Part shown: in pieces, positions 1-13,011 of the stretch
How the letters are laid out: every line of letters starts with the position of its first letter
Position numbering within the stretch: position 1 is the first letter of the stretch
Assembly: GCA_016213885.1 (NCBI GenBank)
Contig: JACQZM010000067.1
Coordinates: 1-57,367 of the forward strand
Direction of reading: 5' to 3'
DNA length: 57,367 nt
DNA from: Candidatus Rifleibacteriota bacterium
GTDB taxonomy: Bacteria > Muiribacteriota > UBA6191 > JACPRK01 > JACQZM01
Notes under the pieces: model-generated
What the model was told of the DNA's origin: nothing
Database searches by the model: none
What the model saw: only the letters and a program-made list of their open reading frames with translations
Made by a program: the position numbers and the translations under genes

Positions 1-273
1 GAGGAAGATCGTCTCGCCGACCGAGCTGGGCGGCAGGTCCAGGAGCTTCACCAGACCGGTCAGAGCCGCCTTGCGCTTGATCGACGACCGCTCCGGCTCG
101 AACACCCATCCGTGGATCGGCACCTCCCAGGAGGCGCTGTCCGGGCCGAGCGAGGCGTTCGTCCTGAAGAACACCACCTCTTCGTTCACCTCGATCGACG
201 CGGTCTCCCCGATCTCGTTGGCGATCCACATCCCCGCCCCGATCGCGACGACGAGCAGGAAGAGCCAGCCCAT
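1..273 (-). CDS. Hypothetical membrane-anchored protein, N-terminal part only (gene continues past the window start)
   Basis: ATG at 273-271 (minus strand). Hand translation gives MGWLFLLVVAIGAGMWIANEIGETASIEVNEEVVFFRTNASLGPDSASWEVPIHGWVFEPERSS..., with one N-terminal hydrophobic helix. Third codon positions are mostly G/C, like confirmed genes here. Not in the ORF track because it has no stop inside the window. Confidence 0.45.
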   Translation of the reverse strand, partial: MGWLFLLVVAIGAGMWIANEIGETASIEVNEEVVFFRTNASLGPDSASWEVPIHGWVFEPERSSIKRKAALTGLVKLLDLPPSSVGETIFL

Positions 274-458
274 CAAGACCCTCCTCTCTGGCCTGGCCGG
301 GTCCGGACTCTCCGACGGCATGCCGCCATTGTAGCGGATCGGACTCGCGATGGCCAGGCATCGTCGGTTGCGGACCGGGCCCGTGATATACTTGGCGACT
401 CCGCCGGCCCGGGCAACCGTCCCGGCACCTTCCACCGATACGACCCGAGGTCCAGCCG

Positions 459-4887
<4,429 letters not shown>

Positions 4888-4933
4888 GCCAGCCGGGACC
4901 GCGGTGACAGGGGGGGCGACGCCGGGTCGACGG

Positions 4934-5095
4934 CTAATCCCCGCCGGATCGCTTCTTGAACTGACCGCAGGTGTAGTTGGTCGTCACCGGTTTCCGGTGC
5001 TGGGCGCAGTAGATCATCCCCGGCCGGACAGGCTTCTTGTCCTTGCCGACCTTGCTTCCCTGGACGCACTCACGGCACACGGGTCGATCGCTCAT
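4934..5095 (-). CDS. Small Cys-rich (zinc-ribbon-like) protein, 53 aa
   Basis: ATG at 5095-5093 is preceded by AGGAGG on the minus strand. Product: MSDRPVCRECVQGSKVGKDKKPVRPGMIYCAQHRKPVTTNYTCGQFKKRSGGD, with a CxxC plus two further Cys. Third codon positions are G/C-rich. Confidence 0.5.
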   Translation of the reverse strand: MSDRPVCRECVQGSKVGKDKKPVRPGMIYCAQHRKPVTTNYTCGQFKKRSGGD

Positions 5096-5269
5096 GGCTC
5101 CTCCTGCCCCCTTAGCCGTCACTATTGAAATGTACCTCCGAGACGGTGTCGAGGCAACGGGTCATCGACGGATCCGTTGCCACGGCCCGGCCAAGGTGTT
5201 AACTGGACTGACGCAACCATGCGCCAGCAAGGGGGCGAGGCGCCCTGCCGAAAGGCGGTCGAGACGAAC

Positions 5270-5464
5270 ATGAAGGAAGCGAAACCCAGCGGGCGAATCT
5301 GGCTCGGATACTGTCTGACCATCGCGGCGCCGGCGATCGGGTGGGTCCTCGAGGACAGGGACGCGATGAGCAAGTTCTGGGCACGCATCATGTGCCTGGC
5401 CGTCCTGATCCTGGGGGTGGCGATGACGGCGATCGGGGTCCACGGCTACCGGCACCGGGAGTGA
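5270..5464 (+). CDS. Small membrane protein, 64 aa (start uncertain)
   Basis: Internal ATG of ORF 5177-5464. Product: MKEAKPSGRIWLGYCLTIAAPAIGWVLEDRDAMSKFWARIMCLAVLILGVAMTAIGVHGYRHRE, with two hydrophobic segments and high G/C at third positions. Confidence 0.4.
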   Translation: MKEAKPSGRIWLGYCLTIAAPAIGWVLEDRDAMSKFWARIMCLAVLILGVAMTAIGVHGYRHRE

Positions 5465-5511
5465 CCCCGACCCGGGCTCCCGGCCTCCCGCGTCGTTCGT
5501 GCAGCCCTGGA

Positions 5512-8500
5512 CTAGAACCGCTCCTTGTTCTTCTCCCACCACGCCTGGAACCGGGCCGCGGCGTTCTTCCTGATCGGCTCCCAGTCGGGTTCTTCGCCGG
5601 CCGGGTGAGGGCCGAACGCTCCCCGGCCGTAGCACCGCTTCACGGTCCTGGACAGCTCGAGCCAGGCGTTCTCCCGGATCCACCAGTCCTTCGCTCCCAG
5701 CGCCGAGAGCAGCGTGGGCAGCTCCTCCTTCGGCTGGTCCCACCGGGCCTTGTACCCGGCCTCCTCCAGCGACTCCAGGACCCAGTCCTGGCGAGGCCGC
5801 TTCTCCCGCGGCGAAAGCCACTGGCGCCACTGGTCGGCGGTGGAGAAGCCGCGCCCGGCAAGACGGCGCAGCGCCTCCAGCGCCCGCTCCCCGCACCGTC
5901 CCGGGCCTGAGCAACCGATCGCCTGGATCAGCGTCGGCGCGGCCCGGGCATCGAGCCGCTGGCCCAGCGCCAGGGCCGCCTTGTGGCTCGACTCCCCGTC
6001 CGGGTCGCTCATCAGGCTCGAGAGCGCCGCCGCCGCCTCGGGGCAGCCGACCTGACCCGACGCCAGGATCGCGGCCCACCGGCGCAGCCCGGTCTCCGTG
6101 TCGATCGCCCCCTTGAGAACGTCCCACCCCTGGCCCGGCTTGGAGTCCGTGAGGCACGGGTACGCCCGGAGCCTGTAGTGGATCGTCCACGCGTCGAGGG
6201 CGCTCTCCGACGGACCGGTCGTCTCCAGCGCCCGGGCCCGCATCTCGTGGACCCTGGGGTTCGCGGTGTCGATGAAGATCAGCTCGTCCAGCGCCTTGAG
6301 CGCCCCCGGGGCATCCTTGCGGGCCAGCTGAAGGGCGGCCAGGTCCATCCAGGGCTCGGCCTTGTGGAGCTGCAGGCGGGCCAGCTCCTTCAGCTGGGCG
6401 AGCTCCTTCTCCTGGTCGCCCCGGGTCCGATGGATCTTTCTGAGCTCCTCGTGGGGCTCCAGAAGATCCGGGAACGCGGCGCTCGCCCGCGTCAAGAACG
6501 GCTCGGCGTCGCCGGGCCTGGAGGCGAGGGCGATCCTGGCCATGCCCATGAGGGCGTGGTAGCACCCCGGTTCCTTTCCCAGGGCGGCCTGGTAGCGCAG
6601 CGCCGCCTTGTCCGGGTTGGAACGGCTCATCAGGAAGTCGCCGGCCAGCGCCAGCACCTCCGCCGGGGCGCCGGCCTCATCCTGGACGATCTTCTTCAGA
6701 GCCGCGTGCGCCTCCACGTGCCGCTTGTGCTGCATGCAGGCCAGGGCGAAGTTCGCAAGCTCCACGGCCCCGCCGCCGGCCGCCTTCTCCTGGAGCGTCG
6801 CGAGATCGTCCAGGGCGAACTCGGCCCGGACCGGGCTCGCCGCGGCGACGGCCTTCCAGGCGTCCATGGCCCTGGCCTCCACGGTCTCGAACGGCACCTT
6901 CAGCGCCGTCTCGAAAGCCGTCCTGGGATCGGCTCCCTTCTCCAGGAGCCCGATGAGCGCAAGCAACGCCGCCTGGCCGTGGCTCTTCCGGAGGTCGGCC
7001 ACGGCGAGGCTGGCCTGGTAGTAGGCGAGCTGACGCTGGGCCGCGTTCTTGGCCCGGGTGAACCCGGAGTTGAGCCGGGAGAGCGGGAGGATGTCGCCGA
7101 CCGCCAGACCCCGCTTCAATAGCGGATCCCACTGGGAGACCGGAACGCCCGACTCCTCCTGCACCGCCAGACCCTCGGCGAGCCACATGGGCAAGCGCCT
7201 CTGGCTCTGCTGCAGGTTCACCGCATGGGTGATCTCGTGACGCAGCACCTCCCGGCTGTTCGTCGAGCCGGCGTTGACCCGGGGAGACTCGGCGGCGATG
7301 ACCTTCCCGAAGCAGGCGCCGGTGATGCCGATCCAGGGAGTCCCCTCGATCCGGGCGGCGAACCAGTCGTGTCGGGGGAACAGCTCGATGATGATCGGCT
7401 CCGACGGCTGGTACCTGAAGCGGGTCAGCAGGTCCGGATAGAAACCCTCCAGTACCGGCAGGAAGATCCGGGTGAGGAACCCCTCCCGGGCCTCGTCCAC
7501 CTTGAACACGAAGTGGGGCGACCGGCCGATGGAGAAGTCCTTCTCCATGTAATCGAGGAGCTTGATGATGTTCAGCGTCCGGTAGTTGTACCGGTCCATG
7601 TCGAACGACTTCTCCAGGTGGCCCCGGGCCTCCTCCTCCCTCCCCTCGCGCATGAACAGGTTCCCCAGGGAGGTCTCGGCCTCGGCCAGCTCCGGGTCGA
7701 CCGCCAGCGCCTTCCGGTAGAACGACTCGGCCTCCACGACGCGGCGCCGCCGGGCGCACGATTCCCCCAGGACCCAGTACAGGTCGGCAAAGGTCGGACA
7801 CGACTTCAGACACTCCGCGACGGTCGCCTCGTAGGCGGTCCGGTCGCCCCTGAGCCAGTGGCACGCCGCCCTGGTGGCCAGGGCGTCCAGCGACCTGGGG
7901 TTCACCGAGAGCGCCGCCTCGACCGCGGAGAGCATGCCCTGCAGATCCTCTTCGCGCTCGCAGATCCGGGCGATCACCAGGTGCGGCTCCACCATCATCG
8001 GATTGATGGAGAGCGCCTTCCGGGCCAGCTCCCGGGCCAGCTCCACGTCGACCGTCTGCGCGAGGATCACGGACTTGCCGGCCAGCGCGTCCGGATGGGT
8101 TGGGTTCTGCTTGAGCACCGCCTCGTACTCGGCCAGGCCGTCGTTGATCTGGTACTTGGAGGCGAAGAGCTCCCCGGTGAGAACCCGGGCGCGCCAGTCC
8201 TGGGGGTCCACCTCCTGCGCCTTGGTGAGCGCGTCCATGGAGGACTGGAACTCCTTCATCTCCCGGGCCGCCACGGCCAGCGCCCACAGGTCTCTCGACT
8301 TCGTGAGCGAGTCGGGTTTGGTCTGCACCAGAGGCGTGAACAGCTGGTCCGCGAGCTGGTCCTGTCCCCTGGAGCGGTGGACCAGGCCGGTGACGGCCTG
8401 GGCCCACAGGTCCGGTCCGGCCTTCTTCAAGACGGCCAGGGCCTTCTCGTGCTCTCCGCGCTCGAACAGCATCTCGCCGGCCAGGGCGGCCGCCCTGGGG

Positions 8501-8769
8501 TCGCTCCCCAGGCGATCGAGCACCGGGACCGCCTCGTCCCAGCGGCCGGTCTCGTGGAGCACCCTGGCCAGGTCCCAGAGCAGCGCCGGGTCGTCGGGCG
8601 TGCTCTTCAGCGCCCCTTCCAGAGCGGCCCGGGCCTCCTGGTACCGGCCCTTGACGATGAGCTCCCCCACCGTCGCCGGGGCGCCGGGGGCTTCGGCGGC
8701 TCCGGACCGTCCGGCGACGACCGTGACCAGCAGCCCGAGCACGACCACCGGACCCCACGCAGGTTTCAT
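5512..8769 (-). CDS. Secreted TPR-repeat protein with a peptidase-MA-like HExxH domain and C-terminal HEAT-like repeats
   Basis: I place the start at ATG 8769-8767 (MKPAWGPVVVLGLLVTVVAGRSGAAEAP, signal-peptide-like), not at 9069, which would overlap the upstream HEAT gene. Many TPR-like repeats are visible, and HEITHAV is a zinc-peptidase type motif. Confidence 0.8.
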   Translation of the reverse strand: MKPAWGPVVVLGLLVTVVAGRSGAAEAPGAPATVGELIVKGRYQEARAALEGALKSTPDDPALLWDLARVLHETGRWDEAVPVLDRLGSDPRAAALAGEMLFERGEHEKALAVLKKAGPDLWAQAVTGLVHRSRGQDQLADQLFTPLVQTKPDSLTKSRDLWALAVAAREMKEFQSSMDALTKAQEVDPQDWRARVLTGELFASKYQINDGLAEYEAVLKQNPTHPDALAGKSVILAQTVDVELARELARKALSINPMMVEPHLVIARICEREEDLQGMLSAVEAALSVNPRSLDALATRAACHWLRGDRTAYEATVAECLKSCPTFADLYWVLGESCARRRRVVEAESFYRKALAVDPELAEAETSLGNLFMREGREEEARGHLEKSFDMDRYNYRTLNIIKLLDYMEKDFSIGRSPHFVFKVDEAREGFLTRIFLPVLEGFYPDLLTRFRYQPSEPIIIELFPRHDWFAARIEGTPWIGITGACFGKVIAAESPRVNAGSTNSREVLRHEITHAVNLQQSQRRLPMWLAEGLAVQEESGVPVSQWDPLLKRGLAVGDILPLSRLNSGFTRAKNAAQRQLAYYQASLAVADLRKSHGQAALLALIGLLEKGADPRTAFETALKVPFETVEARAMDAWKAVAAASPVRAEFALDDLATLQEKAAGGGAVELANFALACMQHKRHVEAHAALKKIVQDEAGAPAEVLALAGDFLMSRSNPDKAALRYQAALGKEPGCYHALMGMARIALASRPGDAEPFLTRASAAFPDLLEPHEELRKIHRTRGDQEKELAQLKELARLQLHKAEPWMDLAALQLARKDAPGALKALDELIFIDTANPRVHEMRARALETTGPSESALDAWTIHYRLRAYPCLTDSKPGQGWDVLKGAIDTETGLRRWAAILASGQVGCPEAAAALSSLMSDPDGESSHKAALALGQRLDARAAPTLIQAIGCSGPGRCGERALEALRRLAGRGFSTADQWRQWLSPREKRPRQDWVLESLEEAGYKARWDQPKEELPTLLSALGAKDWWIRENAWLELSRTVKRCYGRGAFGPHPAGEEPDWEPIRKNAAARFQAWWEKNKERF

Positions 8770-8795
8770 GCGACGATCTCCCGCGTCACCATGGC

Positions 8796-9791
8796 CTACT
8801 TCAGGCTCCGGAGCGTCTCCAGCGCCTCCCGGGCCTCCTGGCGGAGCCACCCCTCCGGATCGTCGGTGAGCCGGGCCAACAGAGAGCACGCCCGCCGCTC
8901 CCCCCGGGAGGCGATCCAGTCCACGGCCACGCCGCGCACGCCCTCGTAGGGGTGGTCGATCCACACGTCGAGCTCCCCGAGCACGTCCTCGCCCAGCTCC
9001 TGCAAGGCATCGAGAAGCGGAGGCGACCCGGGCACCCAGGTGCGAGCCACGTGGTGGAGCTCCCGGCACACCCGCTCACCGCCGATCCGCACCAGCGCCG
9101 CCACGGCCACCTCGCGGACCAGCTGGAAATCGTCGCCCAGCGCCTGGGCCAGACACGCGAACGCCTGCCCGGCCCTGAGGGCGCCCAGCGCCCGGGCGCT
9201 CTGGAACCTCACGTCCGGATCGTCGTCTTCCATCAGATCGATGAGTGTGCCGGCGGCGCGGGCCATGGGGCGCCGCGCCAGCCCCTCGGCGGCCCGGGCC
9301 CGCACCCCCGGGGCCGGGTCTTCCAGCGCGGCCAGCAGGACGGCGCCCGCTGACGGGTCGCCGGCCGCCAGCCCGGCCACCGCCTCCGCGCGCTCCCGGG
9401 GATCCGGATGGCGGGCCCGCTCGAGGAGCTCCGCGGTCGAGCCGGGCGGCATCGTTCGAGCGGGCTCGCCTTCAGGGCTCGCCCGGGTGGGCGGACGCTC
9501 CAGCCGGTCCAGCGCCTCCTTCACGGCGGCGGCCACCGACGGGTCAGGGTCCGACGTGGCAGCAAGAAGCGCCCTGCGGGCCCCGGGGCCGCGGACCATG
9601 CCGACGGCGAGGGCCGCCTCCCGGCGCACCAGCGGTTCCGGGTCGGTCAGCGCCGCGTTCAGAAGCACTCCGGTGGTGGGGATACGCCGCTCGCCCAGGT
9701 CGAGACAGGCCTGGACCTTGAGATCGGTCTCGTGCCCCTGCAGCCATCCGATCAGCTCCGGGGTGCTGGGCAACCTGGCCGTCTTTCCCAT
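8796..9791 (-). CDS. HEAT-repeat protein
   Basis: 331-aa ORF with repeated units of the type DPEPLVRREAALAVG, DPDPSVAAAVKEAL, DPAPGVRARAAEGLA and DDDPDVRFQSARALG. It ends 27 nt upstream of the next gene on the same strand. Confidence 0.8.
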   Translation of the reverse strand: MGKTARLPSTPELIGWLQGHETDLKVQACLDLGERRIPTTGVLLNAALTDPEPLVRREAALAVGMVRGPGARRALLAATSDPDPSVAAAVKEALDRLERPPTRASPEGEPARTMPPGSTAELLERARHPDPRERAEAVAGLAAGDPSAGAVLLAALEDPAPGVRARAAEGLARRPMARAAGTLIDLMEDDDPDVRFQSARALGALRAGQAFACLAQALGDDFQLVREVAVAALVRIGGERVCRELHHVARTWVPGSPPLLDALQELGEDVLGELDVWIDHPYEGVRGVAVDWIASRGERRACSLLARLTDDPEGWLRQEAREALETLRSLK

Positions 9792-9911
9792 GGGAAGCTC
9801 CGTTGGTCCATCGCGGTCGTGCCGGAGTCTACCACGGGTTCTGGTTGCAAACCGCAGCGGCGATCAGTACCTTGAATCTGGGGGGGCGTCGAAGGTACCG
9901 AGCATGGCCAT

Positions 9912-10895
9912 GTGGGAAACCCGCACCTCCAGATCGCTTCCTGCAGCGCTGAGGATCGCTCCTCCCGGCACCCGCCTGGAGTGGCTCCTCTTCTGGGCGG
10001 GGTCGATCCAGGGTCTGGTGCTGGCGTGGGCGCTGTCGCCGGGCCTGTCCCAGGGACTGGTCCTGGTCGCCCTGACCTGGGGCTCCTGGTGCTGTCGTTC
10101 GGCCTGCTCTACCTCCAGGCGTTCAGACGATTCTGCAGCGGCCCGGCCCGGCCCGCCGGGCGGCCCGGCCCCGTGGACCGGATCGCCTCGCGAGACCCTG
10201 TGGAGCCGCCGGCCCTCGAGGCCAGCGTCGACCCTGTCGACCCGGTCGGAGACGACCTCCCCGCTCAGCGGCTGGAGCTCGCCAAACGAGCCGCCGCGTT
10301 CGACGCGTGCGGTCTCTGGGATCGGTCCGAGCCGCTCCACCGGCAGCTGGTGCAGCTGATCCGATCGCACTCCGGCGACGCCCATCCGGACCTGGCGATC
10401 GCGATGGCCGGTCTGGCCGCGGCCTGCGAGAACCAGGGGAAGTACCTGGAGGCGGAGCCTCTCTACAAGAAGGCGCTTCTCATCCGGGCCGCCCTGGGAG
10501 CCGACGATCCGGCGCTCGTGCCGATCCTGGGACGGCTCGGAGGCCTGTTCTCCACCCAGGCCCGTCACGAGGAGGCTGCCCAGGCGTACCGGAGGATGGT
10601 CCGGATCCTGGAGCTCCCGGCGGTGGACAAGCCGCTGGACCTGGCCTGTGCCCTCTCCAACCTGGCCACGCTCGAGGAGAAGCTGGGGAATCACGAGGTG
10701 GCCAGATCGCTGGATCAGCGTGCCCTGGCGCTGTGGGCCGAGAGCGGGAGGTGCCACGACCCGGCCGGGGCCGTGACCCTGGACGATCAGGCCAGGAGCC
10801 TGCAGGCCCAGGCCAGGTACACCGAGGCGAGGGGAGCGTACCGGGAGCTCCTGGAGATCATGGACGACGAACCCGGGCGGTCTTCGATCAACTAG
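9912..10895 (+). CDS. TPR-repeat protein (TPR_12-like); the N-terminal part appears to lie in another frame starting at ATG 9904
   Basis: The C-terminal 200 aa show TPR units (AMAGLAAACENQGKYLEAEPLYKKALLIR, LGRLGGLFSTQARHEEAAQAYRRMVRI, NLATLEEKLGNHEVARSLDQRALALW). Codon third-position bias favours a different frame between 9904 and about 10080 (see findings). Confidence 0.7.
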   Translation: MGNPHLQIASCSAEDRSSRHPPGVAPLLGGVDPGSGAGVGAVAGPVPGTGPGRPDLGLLVLSFGLLYLQAFRRFCSGPARPAGRPGPVDRIASRDPVEPPALEASVDPVDPVGDDLPAQRLELAKRAAAFDACGLWDRSEPLHRQLVQLIRSHSGDAHPDLAIAMAGLAAACENQGKYLEAEPLYKKALLIRAALGADDPALVPILGRLGGLFSTQARHEEAAQAYRRMVRILELPAVDKPLDLACALSNLATLEEKLGNHEVARSLDQRALALWAESGRCHDPAGAVTLDDQARSLQAQARYTEARGAYRELLEIMDDEPGRSSIN

Positions 10896-10915
10896 CCCGA
10901 CATCCGGGAGCCGGG

Positions 10916-11773
10916 CTACCCCTTCCGGATCGACCGGATCTGGGGAACGGCCAGGGCGATCTCCTTGCCGGTTCCCTTGACCGTGCCCTTGAGCTCCGGC
11001 TTCTTGCCCGCGGTGACCTCTGTCGGCACGAGCCGGACCTCTTCCAGGCCCGGCCGCCCCGGGGGCAGGTGGCCGACCAGGAGCTCGGTCTTCTCCCGGA
11101 TCGCCCACCGCGCCAGCGCCCGCATCTCCGGCACCTTGAACGGAAGCCCGTCGGCAAAGTCGATCAGCCTCAAGAGCGGCACCGCCCTGGCGACCACCTC
11201 GGCCAGGGTGGGACCCCCGTCGATGGCGTGGAAGTGCTTCTCCAGCATCCGGGAGAACACCCGGGCCAGCGCCCGGGAATCGTCCAGCGCCCGGTGCGCC
11301 CGGTCCACCACCACGCCGAAATGACGCTTCAACGTCTCCAGCTTGTGGTTCGGGCTGGCCGGCATCAGCGTCCGGGCCAGCGACAGCGTGTCAAGCACCA
11401 GGTTGCCAGGGATCTTCTTCCCCGCGGTCTGGAGGCCCGTGGCGAGGAAGCCCGCGTCGAACGGCGCGTTGTGAGCCACGATGACGGCGTCGCCGATGAA
11501 CGTCAGGATCTCGTCGGCGGCCATCTCGAACGACGGCGACCCCATCACGAACAGGTCCGTGATCCCGTGGACCTTGGCCGCCTCCGGAGGGATCGGCCTG
11601 GTCGGCTTGATGAGCGTGTCCATCTCGGCCGTCTGCTGGTCGCCGACGGTCTTCACCGCCCCGAACTCGAGTATCTCGTCCCCCGCCTCCGGCTTGAGCC
11701 CCGTGGTCTCGAGGTCGAGAAACACCAGCGGCAGCTCCCGGACCCTGGTGGACAGTTGCTCCTCGATTGTCAT
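10916..11773 (-). CDS. DnaQ-like 3'-5' exonuclease (DNA polymerase III epsilon family) with a C-terminal extension
   Basis: All three Exo motifs are present: VFLDLETTGL, IVAHNAPFDAGFL and HRALDDSRALARVF. Confidence 0.85.
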   Translation of the reverse strand: MTIEEQLSTRVRELPLVFLDLETTGLKPEAGDEILEFGAVKTVGDQQTAEMDTLIKPTRPIPPEAAKVHGITDLFVMGSPSFEMAADEILTFIGDAVIVAHNAPFDAGFLATGLQTAGKKIPGNLVLDTLSLARTLMPASPNHKLETLKRHFGVVVDRAHRALDDSRALARVFSRMLEKHFHAIDGGPTLAEVVARAVPLLRLIDFADGLPFKVPEMRALARWAIREKTELLVGHLPPGRPGLEEVRLVPTEVTAGKKPELKGTVKGTGKEIALAVPQIRSIRKG

Positions 11774-11925
11774 GGCGCCGTCTTCCCTTTCCGGATGGTC
11801 GGGACCCTTGAGATCCGCTCGAGGCCTGCAGCAGAGGGCGCTCTGCGCGGATGACGAAGACGACGCGAGTATAGCAAGCCGCTGCCCGTCTCACAAGACG
11901 ACACGTCGGGACGTGTGCCGATCGA

Positions 11926-13011
11926 TCAGTAGATGACGTATCTCAAGGTCGTGGGGCGGGTGTTGCGCAGCACCGTGATCTCCACGTTGGTCGATTCCTT
12001 GAGGATGTTGTAGAGCTGGAAGGCGGACTGCACGGAGTCGATCCGCTGCCCGTTCACGAACCGCAAGGTGTCGCCGTCCTGGATCCCGATCTGATCGAGG
12101 ATCGTGCCCTTCTGGATGTCGGTGAGCCTGAACCCCGACGGCTGGCCGCCCTGGAACACCGGCTGGATGTTCACCTGGGTGAGCAGCGTGTTCAGGTTGT
12201 CCAGGTAGGCGTCCACCTCTTGCCTGGCCAGCTTGCGGGTCTGGCCGTCGGCTCCGGCCCCGGCGCCCTCCATCGGGAACGGCCCGGTCGGCGGCTGGCC
12301 CGGTTCCGGAGGCCCCGGCGGCGCGGGTCCGGCCTTCTGGGCGAGCTTCCAGTCGCTGAAATCGATGGTCAACGGACGTTCCGCGGGCTGTCCGTCGACG
12401 CTCATCTGGACCTCCCTGTGGCTGATGGCGGTGATGAGGAAGTTCGGCAGCGGCCGTCCCCCCACGGTGTAGACGTCCTCCTTCCCGGTGCCGGCCTTCT
12501 CCCGGATGATGGCGTACCGGGTCTCCTCGCCCACGTAGGTTCCCAGGAGGGTGAACTTGTCGGCCAGGTTGACCTTGCTCTGCATGGGCTGCGGGATCGT
12601 CGGAGGGGGCGCCACCGGCGCGGGCGAGGGCGGGGGGCCGGCCTTCACGTTCAACCTGAACGGGTTGCGCTTCTTGAACGGCTCCGCGTCGGTCGGCCGG
12701 GGCGGCAGCTGGGAGAACGCCGGCGTCGTCGCCGGATCGGAGATCTGCGGTGACGGCGCTGCCGCGGCCGGGTCCGGATCCGCGTTGACCTGCCGGGGCC
12801 CGCCGGTGAGAAACCAGGCAGCCACCGCTAGCGCCAGAGGGACCAGCACCCCCGCCACGATGACCGGCCTCCGCGACGGCCGGCGCCACACCCAGGCAGC
12901 GGCCCGGCCCCACGCCGTGGCCAGGGCCGAGAGCTGCTCCCAGCGCGACGTCCGGCGTCGCGTGCCGCCGGCAGGCATCCGGTTGGCGCTCATCCTCAGT
13001 CTCGCTCCCAT
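11926..13011 (-). CDS. gspC: Type II secretion GspC-like protein (membrane anchor, HR-like domain, C-terminal PDZ)
   Basis: The start at ATG 13011-13009 overlaps the gspE stop by 1 nt (TGATG). A TM helix (VIVAGVLVPLALAVAAWFL) is followed by a Pro-rich linker and a GspC-type block (KFTLLGTYVGEETRYAIIREKAGTGKEDVYTVGG...ITAISHREVQMSVDGQ). The C-terminus is PDZ-like (GFRLTDIQKGTILDQIGIQDGDTLRFVNGQRIDS). Confidence 0.7.
   Translation of the reverse strand: MGARLRMSANRMPAGGTRRRTSRWEQLSALATAWGRAAAWVWRRPSRRPVIVAGVLVPLALAVAAWFLTGGPRQVNADPDPAAAAPSPQISDPATTPAFSQLPPRPTDAEPFKKRNPFRLNVKAGPPPSPAPVAPPPTIPQPMQSKVNLADKFTLLGTYVGEETRYAIIREKAGTGKEDVYTVGGRPLPNFLITAISHREVQMSVDGQPAERPLTIDFSDWKLAQKAGPAPPGPPEPGQPPTGPFPMEGAGAGADGQTRKLARQEVDAYLDNLNTLLTQVNIQPVFQGGQPSGFRLTDIQKGTILDQIGIQDGDTLRFVNGQRIDSVQSAFQLYNILKESTNVEITVLRNTRPTTLRYVIY

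Noticed and set aside
8770-9069. N-terminal 100-codon extension of the TPR/peptidase ORF (start at 9069)
   Set aside because: It would overlap the HEAT-repeat gene by about 270 nt. Its translation is Arg/Gly-rich, and a signal-peptide-bearing ATG is available at 8769.
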